From: Pocillopora damicornis
Lineage: Eukaryota
Direction of reading: 5' to 3'
Length of the DNA: 64,000 bases
Assembly (NCBI RefSeq): GCF_003704095.1
Contig: NW_020847586.1
Coordinates: forward strand, 248,001-312,000
In this document: one piece after another, positions 38,253 to 50,200 of the stretch
Layout: the number at the start of each line of letters is the position of its first letter
Position numbering within the stretch: position 1 is the first letter of the stretch
Notes under the pieces: model-generated
What the model was told of the DNA's origin: nothing
What the model saw: the letters and a program-made list of their open reading frames with translations, nothing else
Databases searched by the model: none
Program-made: the position numbers and the translations under genes

Positions 38253-41200
38253 CTAGTAAAAGTCGGGTGTGCGTTTCGTCTCCGAAGTGTCAAATTCAGA
38301 GAGTGCCTGAATGGGCGACTCTTGTTTTACTTTCTCTGCACGCTGTAATTGTGGCACGCGGTCATCTTTCTCGAGGTTAACCAGCGGTTTCTTCTCCGGT
38401 GCACGCATACGCCAGGTGAGACTGGATCCCTAGATTCCGTGAAGGGAAAAGTTAGATGTTACCGAGAACAAGGTTTCAAAAAAATGGTATAGGTGACTTC
38501 AAATTCAAATTATTGTATTCCCGAGATCAAAAAGCTTGTTGCAAATAACAAAGTACCATTTGAATTGGAAGCCCTAACGATGTATCTAACTACACAACGA
38601 AACCCTCGCCTAAAGTTTCCTTAAATAAGAAGTTGAATTCCTCTCTTACCCTTGCATCTCCTGACTTGTGCTGTAAACCAGAAAGGAAACGTATAAATTT
38701 ATGTGTGACATCAAAAGATAAATTTCCAGTGATAAAACATTGATAAAATGTTCATTTAATTGTGTGGTTGACCCAACTCCCAAGAAACACAAGCTCAACC
38801 AGACAAAGAGATGCAGTGAGAATTAAGAGAGCGATAGCCATACCTTAGTATTAGCAACGTACGAGGCCTTCACTGTAGAAATGACAGCGTTCATTAGATT
38901 TTTGGCCGCTGTGATGAGAGAAGTAGCACTGTCCAACTGAAAGAAAATANNNNNNNNNNNNNNNNNNNNNNNNNNNNNNNNNNNNNNNNNNNNNNNNNNN
39001 NNNNNNNNNNNNNNNNNNNNNNNNNNNNNNNNNNNNTTGTTGTGAAATAACAATGATTCAAATGGAGATTAGAAGTTATCATGTTACTGAGGAGCAGTGA
39101 TAAAGACGAACTTACCCCGGACACTACAAGTTCACCACTGATCATCTGTACGTCAGCTTTCACTCGGGCTGTGATGGTCAGCTGATGGGAATATAGTGCA
39201 ATGCGCTGTATGTACGCTAACAGATCGTTCTTTGAACTTGAATCAGGACACTAATAAAAATATAGGTAGAAGTTGGTATATTAACCAAACGAAGGTACGC
39301 AACAGTTTCAAAAATCAAATCCCTGTTCTAGGATTTCGGTCAGTTCAGAAGAGTGAAAATGTCGAGCGAGAGGAACATAGCCTGTTCCTTCCAAATGCAA
39401 TTTTCACCCTCTTCACTAGTCTCCACCGAGTCAGAGTCTAGCACAAACTATACTCAACAAAGAGCTTAGAACCTCTAATCCACACAACAAAATTAGAGCG
39501 CTTTTTTAAAGAGCATTTTGGGCCCAGAAATCTATTTCAGCCGTTGCCAAAACATGTTGATCAATGATGCCTCCTTGAGTTAAGAATTTACCTTCTGTGC
39601 AATTTCAGTAGCTTTTTCATTCATCTTTCTTCCAGCTTTGGCAATTCTCTGAAGAATGAAGAACGAATAGAATAAACATTGATGGTCAATAAACACTGAA
39701 ATTCACCCAAAACACTGTTCCTTACCTTAGCAGCATCAATCACATCCATCGTAGTTTTCAGCGGTCCTGTTCCCCTGAAGTCAAAATGACAATAACAAAA
39801 TTAATGAAAATTTCACAATTTCATGGCTTATTGACGACAATTCTGTTTTCCAATAAAAACGGGGCCTGAGTTAGAGGTGTTATCAGAAGCATAATGACAT
39901 GATCGGAACAACCAGCATAATATTGATATCGTCCGTGACTCCGTTGCTAAACCCGTAACTCCCTTGAGTGACCAAGACAGATTTTCTCCTCACATATATC
40001 AGACAGACAAGTTATGAAAATAAAGATAAATATTAATTAGGGAATTACTAGTTGATCTAATACCAAAATTCTCCGATCTAACATAATGAGAATTGTATGG
40101 CAGACAGACTTTGGGGGTAGTGCCATACTCGGAAGCCTCGGAACCAGCATTACAATGGATAAATTTGCAACTACGACGATCTTAGTTTCAGAGGAGAATT
40201 TGCGGAATCAGATGAACACAAACACGTTCCGAATTCCTTACGACTCCAACTCCGTCGATCTTGCGGCTCCGCTTACGAACCCACCTTCCAATGTTCAATA
40301 CCTCGTGAGCGCTCCAACGAGCTCGTCTCCAACTTCGTTTCTGTCTCAAACTCAGACACTCGCAAAAACCATTATAAAAACGTACTCTACCTTGTGAAGT
40401 CGGACATTTCCATCATCATCATGCACATCTTCTTCGCCAGGATAATAATATCATTTCCACTTTCGTCCCATTTGGTCAACTCTCTTTCCAGCTTTTTCTT
40501 CTCTAGTTTCAGTCCCTCGGCCAGCTGTTCAATCTTAGCTTTTTCTTCTGCCGGCAGAGCTCTCATAAGGGACTGGAGACAAGATCAGAAATAACCAAGA
40601 ATTAATGTTGCAAACTCAAGACGACGATTATGTGACGTGTGTAGGAACTGAATACGTGAGACGGATTTTTTGGATTTAATTCCTGCGGATTTTCTGGATT
40701 ATCCACGAAAAAACAAAACAAAGTTATAATATATGTGGGAGAAAAAAGTGAAATATCATGAATGTAACTGACGTTTCTTTCCTAGACAATGTTCTTCTGC
40801 TTAAAGAGAAAGTCGAAAAAATTAGATCCAAAGGAAATTGCGGTACACTCAGACCGCAAAAATTTGCCCCGATACCGTCATCCTTCTTAATTACACTACC
40901 ACACAGCTTTCAAGCTACAAAACTTCCTCCTTCGCGACTGTATTTTTGCTTTAGTCATACGACACGCAACGCGCGACACGCGAAACTCGACACGCGAAAC
41001 ACTCCCTTGCCTACAGTAAATGAAAGATGACAAACAGTGGTATCTCCTACCCTTGCACTCCTCTTTGATATACTCTTATCCTTTTCCCATTCGTCAGTGT
41101 CATCAAACTCAGACCGTGCCTCATAATCAGAAACTGCTCCCTCAAATTCGTAATCCGACACTGGTTCGTACTCAGACTCCGCAGCTGTCATGGCGCCTAT

Positions 41201-44200
41201 AGACAATCCAAGAACAACAAAGTAAATATCTCACTAATCTCGGGTTATGGAATAGTAAATAACCCATTCAACCCACGAAATCTTACTTATTTCCTCCTCT
41301 GCTGACGGACTGGTCAGCATTTCTTCGATAACTGCAGGTCCCTGGTACCGCGGTTGGCTTATATTTTTTGCCCATTTAACTTGCTCGGGCCCTGTGTACC
41401 CCACGAAGGCCCAAGAGCCATGGAACCCAGGATGAACATTGCCTGTGGCACCTATCTCATAAAGAGCCTCCTTTGCGTCATTCACAGAAGTACCTGTTGA
41501 ATCAAGTGAGAAAAACCGTGAGAGTTAATGTTGGTAACTGGAAAAAGTAAAGTCAAAACTATGACGGTATTTAAGAAACAAAACACCTATCGATTTAAGG
41601 AACAAGTAATAAATGGCAACAACAGAGATGACTTTCTCTGTGAAAATTTTAAATTTAATAGTCGGTATAACAAATAGAACACACCGTCCAACTCAAACCG
41701 GCATGACGCCTAAAAATTCCCCTTAGACAATCAAATTACAGGCATAACTGTCAAATTAGTGCGCAAATCGGGCTTCCTATAACCAATCACGTTCAAGAAC
41801 TGCGACACAGTTTTGAACAATCGTTTGCCTGAACGTCATACTTGGTAATCACTGATTTGTGTGAAGATGCCACAAAGGTGCCCATAGATGCAACAAACCA
41901 TACTCACCAGTGGTTCCCTGGGTACCAATCAGCACTATCCTCTCCTGAGGAAGCTGTTGTAAGAACTTGGCCATCTTTGCCCCCTCCCCTTTAGACGGAT
42001 CTGCTGTGTCAAAGTTAGCCGCCATGATAAAGTTTCTGTCACTGTCCAGTATGACAATATTGTGTCCTCGCTGCATGGGCGATCTCTCGATGCCATTAAC
42101 TTTGATTGATGTTCGGCCTGTTCCCTTTGGATCATCTTCTCCGGTAGCGACGATCGCAACACGAACCATTCCTGAAACACCACAGCAATAGATGTTACAC
42201 GGGTATCACTTTTTATCACTGTTAATAAAATTACCAATACAAACGAGACTTGCTTCAAAAATAGTTCAATGAACCAACAGACTTCCGGTGTTCTGATGGA
42301 AAAGAGATTTCCTCTACAACACGCCCCAGTATTGGCGTATCTCACCATAGAGTATTCTGTAGCTCAATGGTGCAACATCGGAGGTCAAAGGTTAGAATCT
42401 TTCGGGGGACTCGGGTTTTTTCTAGCAGTATTGCTAATAATGTGAGAATCAAAGCAATTACTGTGAGAGTTCTGAACCAAAAACAAAACAACATGCCATC
42501 CTGTGATCCACTATGACTCTCATTTACTGGTACACATATCTACTAACAATCCACAAAGTCAAAAAATGGCTATCAGCAGCAAAACGAAAAATATTAACAA
42601 ATTAAGACAACGAACCTTTCTGTGCAGCTGGAGTGGGAATGAGTTGTGCCACAATTGCCGGTCCATGGTACCTGGGTCGCACCTCAGCTTTGGTGTAAAA
42701 TCTTGGTGCGGGTCCAGTACAGCCAGAGAAGGCGTAAGATCCATGAAAACCAGGGTCAAATGGTCCCTCTGCTCCAAGACGCTCCAGCGCTGGTGCTGCG
42801 GCGGCCACATTATTACCTAAAGATCAAACCAAGTAAAGCAATTTTCAATTCAGTGTCAAAAGTAAAGCATGGCTTCGCCCTCCTTCGTTATGTGACTGGT
42901 CTGGAGACCCAACACCACCCTTCCCACCGATTAGAATAAAAAAAAAACCCAGTTGCGACTTGGCGTTTCGTCGCCCTTCAGGAAACTTGCCTGTTTTCAT
43001 TTTCCAGTCACATTGAAGCCTTACAATATTTCCATCAGTTTTACTTATCGAATGCTTTTATTACTTTGGTTTTGGTTCATCACAGTGTATCCAATAAATT
43101 TTGGAGCCGCAAGAGGCAACACACTTATCTTCTGTCCCTTGCGTATGTAACAACTGTGTAGCTTATTTCATGTTAACATAACGCTGACGCGAACTTTGCA
43201 TTTTTAATGAAATTTTCTATCAAACGCTTGGTAGCAAGTTAAGAAAAAATAGCAGGCGCTTCGTTATCTAATCAGGATATCGAGACGATTGTAACGCGCC
43301 ATGACCAGGCCGATCGACCTCAAGAACCGTTCTCTTCGTTTTTAACCCTTACCCTGCTCTCGGCTTGTCAGCTCCTGTGTGGCCACAAGAACAACATGAT
43401 CCTCAGGAAGTTGGTTCAAAAACTGTCCCATAGCCGGGCCTTCCCCTGCATTTGTGTTAAAATTTCTGACTGCGTACACGTCACCAATCGGATCAAGTAC
43501 AACAACATTGTGCCCAGGCTTCCTGGGGCAATGTTCCACACCGTTCACCTTGATAGACGACACACCCATTCCCCCTTCATCTTCACCTCCCTCGGCTCGC
43601 ACTTCAAATTGTAATTTACCTGGAATGAAAAACAGAAATTGGGCAAACTTTTAAGTAAGCATTTAAAATAACATTGGTTTTTCTCTGCATTTTCCTGCAA
43701 AACTGGCGCCATCTTTCAACCAATCAGAAGCCAAATGAAAATCAATAGGGACTTGGTCACCCGCGTTTTCCCGCGCTTCATGTAGTTTGCTTGTCTTTAA
43801 TGTGATTTCTAAAAGGCTCCTGTCATATTTTCCTTGGTACCTCTTGTGTAACATTTTAATTGCGCTCATATTCAAGAATAGATTGAAGAGAATATGGTTT
43901 CACAGTATCGTGCATCATGGAACTCCTCACTGAACACTCTTGGCATGTGCGAGTTTTATCTTTTCTCTGAATAATCAATCACTTTGTTCTGTCAACATAC
44001 CACTCGCTTTGAGTTGTTCATAGGCAGCTTGTTCTCTGGCACGAGCCTGTGCCTCGGCAAACAGCACAGCAGCTGCATCCTCCATTTCCACTTCTTCACC
44101 AGGACCACCTCGTCTCTACGAAGACAAAAATAACAAAATGCAGATNNNNNNNNNNNNNNNNNNNNNNNNNNNNNNNNNNNNNNNNNNNNNNNNNNNNNNN

Positions 44201-47200
44201 NNNNNNNNNNNNNNNNNNNNNNNNNNNNNNNNNNNNNNNNNNNNNTCATCACATTATCAGTGTATGGCCCTTGTTGGTAGTTCTCCATTTCTGCAGTGAC
44301 CACATCTTCCAGTCTTGCTGTGCGTCCACGTATCTGTCCAGCAGTCCTGTCCACATTCTCGGGATCTCTCTCTTGCAGAGCCTGGACACATTTGTTCACA
44401 TCTTCCAAGACATGAGCCTCTGATGGATCACAACAGAGAACACCCTTTACACCCTAACATCAATGTCCAGATTCTCCATAGTTTTACCCTTCTCTATAAT
44501 TATACCATATTTCCTTTGTTACTGACCTTTATCAGAGGGAGAATTTGATTTTCTTGACCTTAATGTGTGATTCTGTATTCTAAAACCAAATTCCCCTAAC
44601 TACATGTAATTTACGAGGTTTGCATAGAAGCTGAAGGCAGGAATTAACAATCAGATCTTGTGAGTTGAAAGAGCTAAACAACACTGCACACTTAGTGACA
44701 AGGGCACAGACAGGATATTCCAGTAAGGGGTCTCTTTGAGGGATAAAACTGGTGATAGCATTCAAAATCACCTCATTATCATAAATTTAATCATCATTTA
44801 TTATTGATGAAGATGGTTGTCACAAACTTCCTTCCACTTCCTCTCATACAATCATTAAATGCACTTACCTGTAGTAGCTAAAAAGTCTTCAATTCCAGTA
44901 ATGTCATCAACAGCCTCAGTGAGAACCTGCAATTGCTGTTCCCAAGCCTCTTTGAACACATCCATATTTTCTCGAGCCACCTTACTGTGAGGACGGGCAG
45001 CAAGTGTTCGAGCAGCATTAATTACCTACAATTCATACATAAATACACATAATAAATGTCCAACTGTAAAGTTACTGCTTCGAATCTAAGTACAGAACAA
45101 AAATTGAGGCAAATTTTCCAAACCATACTTTTGAATAGTAGAAGTACAATACATACAGTTTTTGGAGCATACTTTTTCCATTAAAACTTTGATCCTTAAT
45201 TACAATCTCTGAGTCACTGTTTATGCAAAGTTGTTCTTACCTGAGGACACAAGTTTTGCAATCTCTTTGCTGCTAGTCTCACCATTTTCACCTTCTCAGG
45301 ATTCACTGACATTGAACAGGCAAGATTTGCCACCTGAAGAAACATGAAGAGCAAAAATTGTTTTGAAACAGATGAAATAATGTCAGGTTACTATGTAATC
45401 CTTTTGATAGAGATTCAGATAAAAAAATTAACCTATCCCTTAATCACCATGGATTTATTGCTTTAAGTTTTCTGATAGATTCATGTGTCTGTCCTCTTAA
45501 TTTGTTTTCCAGTATGGTAATGTATGATACAAAAAGAGAAAGCTAAAACTTACACTAAGGATGAAACTGAACAGTAACAAATATGCACAATGTAAACTAT
45601 TGAACCAAATAACTAAACTAATTAAAATGAAAAATCACCTCTTCAAGTTTTGCAGCATGGTCTGTAAATAACTTGGCACATTCTTCTACTTCTTTCTCAT
45701 TCCCAGCTTGAGCTGCTTCAATCATCATGATCAGAGGCATTGTGGTCTCCAAGAAAGAATCAGAAACATGATCCACAACTGCACGACGCAACTAGAAAAC
45801 AAAATCAAGAAATATTAGTGACTTTCCTTTAAAGTAAGAGCCCACATTCTGGCCAAGCACTGGTTGATTCAAATGGACTTGCAGATCCAGTCTGCAGCAG
45901 TAAGAGGAATGGAGTTACATGTAAGTAGACTTGCTTTAAAAGACGTCAGTGATTAAGCATCTTCAAGATGGAACTGAAAAGGCAGGATTCAGACTGATGT
46001 ATGAAAGGAGGAGGGCTAGTTTCACAATGCTAGAACTAGGGAATCTGGGTAGGTCAACACTCTAACCTCCTAGCATTCATCCCAGATTTTGATGACAGGT
46101 GTTTTCAAAGGCCTGCCAAAATCACTCTTAAGGGGAAAAATAAAATATCAAAAGCTGCCATATTCATGAATTATTTTACCTGGCCTCTCAGCTCCCTGGT
46201 TCGGTTACACATCCTTTCCAAGGCTTGGTCTAGAGACCCTCCAGGAGCAGCCTTCTTCTTTCCTGTGGCCTAAACACCCAAGAAAGGAAAACAAAATGTC
46301 AAAAGACTGTGACAAAGACTTAATTTCCACAAATACCAGATTCTGCAAAAACATCCCTATACCACAGCCTTGGCACTGAACAAGTCAATCTAAATTTTAA
46401 CCATTAACAACCTAACATCAGTATGCACAGTCTCCACTGTTCTCTACAACTTTGTATGGTACTGAAAAGGCAAATTTGCTGAATAATCCACAGCTTCTAA
46501 AGTTGATGATAACTCCTTATTCTTACGACTAAACAATTGATTCACCAGTGATACTGTAAGGAGAATTATGGGTCAACAGCTGGAGTATTAAAGCAGGTTT
46601 TAGATTGGACCACTGTCCTCAAAAAGTCCCATCAATTTACGATACGTGTTATCTGCATGAGTAATATGGAGTTCTTACATGATTCATATACTCTGACAGT
46701 AGATCCTGGAGAGCTTGCCGCACACCATTACAGCTTGCTATAATCTTGTCCCGTGTATCATCTCTTGTTGACATTGAGTCAGCTAACTGTGCTGCTCCAC
46801 TGATGATGCTTTCAAGACGCTGCTCCAATGTGGGACGGGTGCGCTTTTCAGAGTATGAAGTTGGATCCATGTTGATCTGGGACTGAAATACAAAGAAACA
46901 TGCACAGTTTAAGCTGTACTACATGACTGGATACTTTGAAAATAAAAAAGGAAGCTCATCCTAATAACTGGGTATTATGACACAATTTAATTAATCACAT
47001 GAATGTGATAAGATGGAATAGCTTTAGGTTATATTGGATAAGTATTCCTCTCAACATGTTCTATAAGTATCACTCAGCTAAGCACATAATGCAACATGAT
47101 GTTAAAATGCTTCTGCATAACTTTTGTATCAAAATGTCCCTCACTGCCATACCCAGTAATGGAAGGAGTGGCAATGCTGTGTGGTGACAGGTGCTCACTT

Positions 47201-50200
47201 TGAAATCTGGGGGTTCCAAGGTAAACTATGAATTGTGCCTTTAACTTATAAACAGATTTATCCATGGTTGTCCCATGTTCAATTCCCCTGTGGCACCTCA
47301 AAAGTAGTCCACTAGTTTGCCAACAACAGCTGAGACTGTAACCAGTTAATACTAGATATTCACTTATTTCCTTGCTTAGGCCTTACAGTGTCTGACTCAG
47401 TAAATTTCCAAACAGGTGCTAATTGCTTGATATTAGAAAAATTTGATAAAATTTGTTTTTCTTCACAATCTACTCACATCAAAGTCATCCAAAGCTGTTG
47501 CCAATGCCCCTGGAGTCTCATATGGGTGAGGTCCACCTGAGCCAGTAGCCTGTGTTGCCCCTGAAATGGCATTCACTGCTTCAGACATTTGCTTCATCAC
47601 AAAATCCCTGTTGGCTTTTGCAGAATCCACCTCAGGATGACGCACATAGGCCTAAAAGAAGCACAAAGGTCAGCACAATGCTAAAAAAAGTTCTCAATTG
47701 AAAAGTTTTATGAGACACCCAGGTACTTAAGTTTTGCAGAACTTACATGTCTCTAGGTGGGGGAGGTTTCCTGTATGTGTATGTAATTTTCCGACATCCA
47801 ACATTCATTGAAAGCAATACAAACCTAGAATTGTCTTTCAGTCATTGACAGATTTTAAAATAAGTCCCTAATGAAAATTGTGCAAATCTCCAGCTGTGTA
47901 GTCTCTGATCAAGGGGAGCTTTAAGCCCTTAATAATTAATTGAATGGTTTCTATTTCTTTTAACTGTTAAGTACAACTAAAAAATAACTGCTAAAATACA
48001 GCTGCTTTAGATTTGCAAAAGGTCAAGTAGAACTTGCCTAATAAACACTGATACAGCTGCAGATAATGATTTAAAGGAATTTACCTTGGAGGAGGACAGC
48101 AGCATTTTACTTGACTCTTTAAGAGTAGCCCTAGCAGCAGCCATGTCATCTTTCCTATGTGGATCTTTTAAGTCCTGAATATTTCAAGGAAACAAAAGTT
48201 GAATCATTAAATGGTGAATTCAGTGTCAGTTTAAACTGTCTGACCAAGAGGTCACAGAACCAAGAAACCTCTAGAAAACAATACTAAGATCACTTACTGC
48301 TTGTCTCTTGCCGGAAAGTTTTGCCAAGTCCATCAAATCATTCCCAAGATTCTTAAAAGAATTCAACAAGTCTGCAGTGTTACTAGCTTTTTCTAATTCC
48401 TTCAGTCTCTTCTCCACCTAACCAAAGTAAATAACAAAAATGATTCAAAATTAACTTATAAAACAACTACAAAATTAGATTAATGCTTAACGAGAGGGGA
48501 TTATATTTGTGTCAACAACTTTTTGTGACTCCTGAATCAGACCCATAACTGCTGACACATAGGATCTTCTGTTGGTCAAAGATGCTGATGCAGAGTATTT
48601 TGAACCACAGAGCAAAACTTCTAACCACTTGAAGAACACTTCTAACAATGATTTTGAATAACATGCAAAAAGTGGAACTAATAGCCATCGAAATTCATAT
48701 AGAAGGTGAGGATGGAAGAATCTTAATATCTCAGAAGGGAGAAAGAAGAAGGGGATGTTGGTATTACTGTTAGTATTAAATCAAAATGTTTTACTGACCA
48801 GTTTCAGTGAGGCAAGGAGGCGATACACATCTGCCATGTCAGCAACACACAACAACCTTGTAACAGAGGACAACAATGCCCGAGCAGCCCTGACCATTGA
48901 AGCTCTTTTGGCTGACGAACATGGATCATCTGCAAATTCTTTGGCTGCAATTCGCATTGAATCACCTGAAAAGCAAGATGAAAACCTTTAACTCTTGACA
49001 AATCTACTTGCAGTTACATATAAGAATTGTAAATTAAGAATTTTAACTAAGTACTGTACATAGCTAGCTGCTGGTAATTATTGCCAACCTTGTGGCTACT
49101 AGAATGTTATATAAATTTTCTGTTTAGTTACTGACAGCAATGATTTATATGTCCAATCTCCAATTATCCTACACTTAAGGGAAAGTTATGTCTGAGTTAA
49201 ATGAAAACTAAAAGAGAAATAATGAGGTCATGTTCAACCAGCAAGACAACATATTTTCAGAAACATCTATCCCTTCAAAATGTAAGGACAACTAAGGCAT
49301 ACAGATGATGTTAATAGACAAAACATAGCTTAATGATTAAAATACCATGCAAACATATTGAAAGACAAGATCAAATCTTTACACTTGAGAACATCAGACC
49401 TTATTTGGCTTCTTACTCAACTGCCTTGAAGAAGTTTAAAAAACAATTTAATGGCAATTCCACTGATAAAATCCAACTAACCCAGGCCATACCTGCACCA
49501 CGACAGTCCTTGCATGCTGCTAACATTTCTTCTCTGATTTCAGGAAACTCTTGAGCAATTTCCTCCCCTGTTTTTATAAGCCGAGCTGTAGCATCTTCAA
49601 TGTCTTGGGCAAGTTTATGGGCATTCTTAGACTTTCCAAGTTTGCTACCCTTTTTCTTTGGATGATTAACCAAGGTTGTTACCTGCAAACAAGGACATGT
49701 TTGACCACTGTCATGAAAAGGTCTTGTTTACACATGTACCCTGACAGAGATTTTACTTGTTTTCCAGGAAAGATGCACCTTACTTGAATTAATGATAGAG
49801 ACATAAAAAGGGCACTTAACCTTCAGAATTCAAGCATTTACATAATATTATTAGATAAAAAAATGCCATCACATGCAATTTCTTTCTATTTGAGGGCTTG
49901 TTTAGGGTTAAAATTTTTGGTGGTGGAAGCTGGTTGAAAATTTTTAGGGAAACTTAACCCTCTTTATAGCACTTGAGACATGGAGATCATTGCTGTGTTA
50001 GTGGCACAAATTGCTCCATCCTTTTGAAAGACTGAATTACAAATTTTGGGGGCACCATTAACTTTGGTCCAGGGAAATAACTTTCTTTTTCTATCCACTG
50101 TGAAGTTTGGTTTGTCATGATCTCTTAATTCAAAATAATGTCACGACATAAAATATGACAGGGGAAAAAATTGTGAATACACACTGACATGTTCAACTAC

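Noticed and set aside
41234-43602. ILEI exons as a separate nested gene in an alpha-catenin intron
   Set aside because: Same strand, no own start, stop or signal peptide, and splice phases run continuously from the 44001-44115 exon through to the linker and ABD exons. A fusion is the simpler reading, pending RNA evidence.
43992-44423. ORFs spanning the N-gap (138 aa and 124 aa)
   Set aside because: Artefacts of translating through Ns; the real exons on either side are in different frames.
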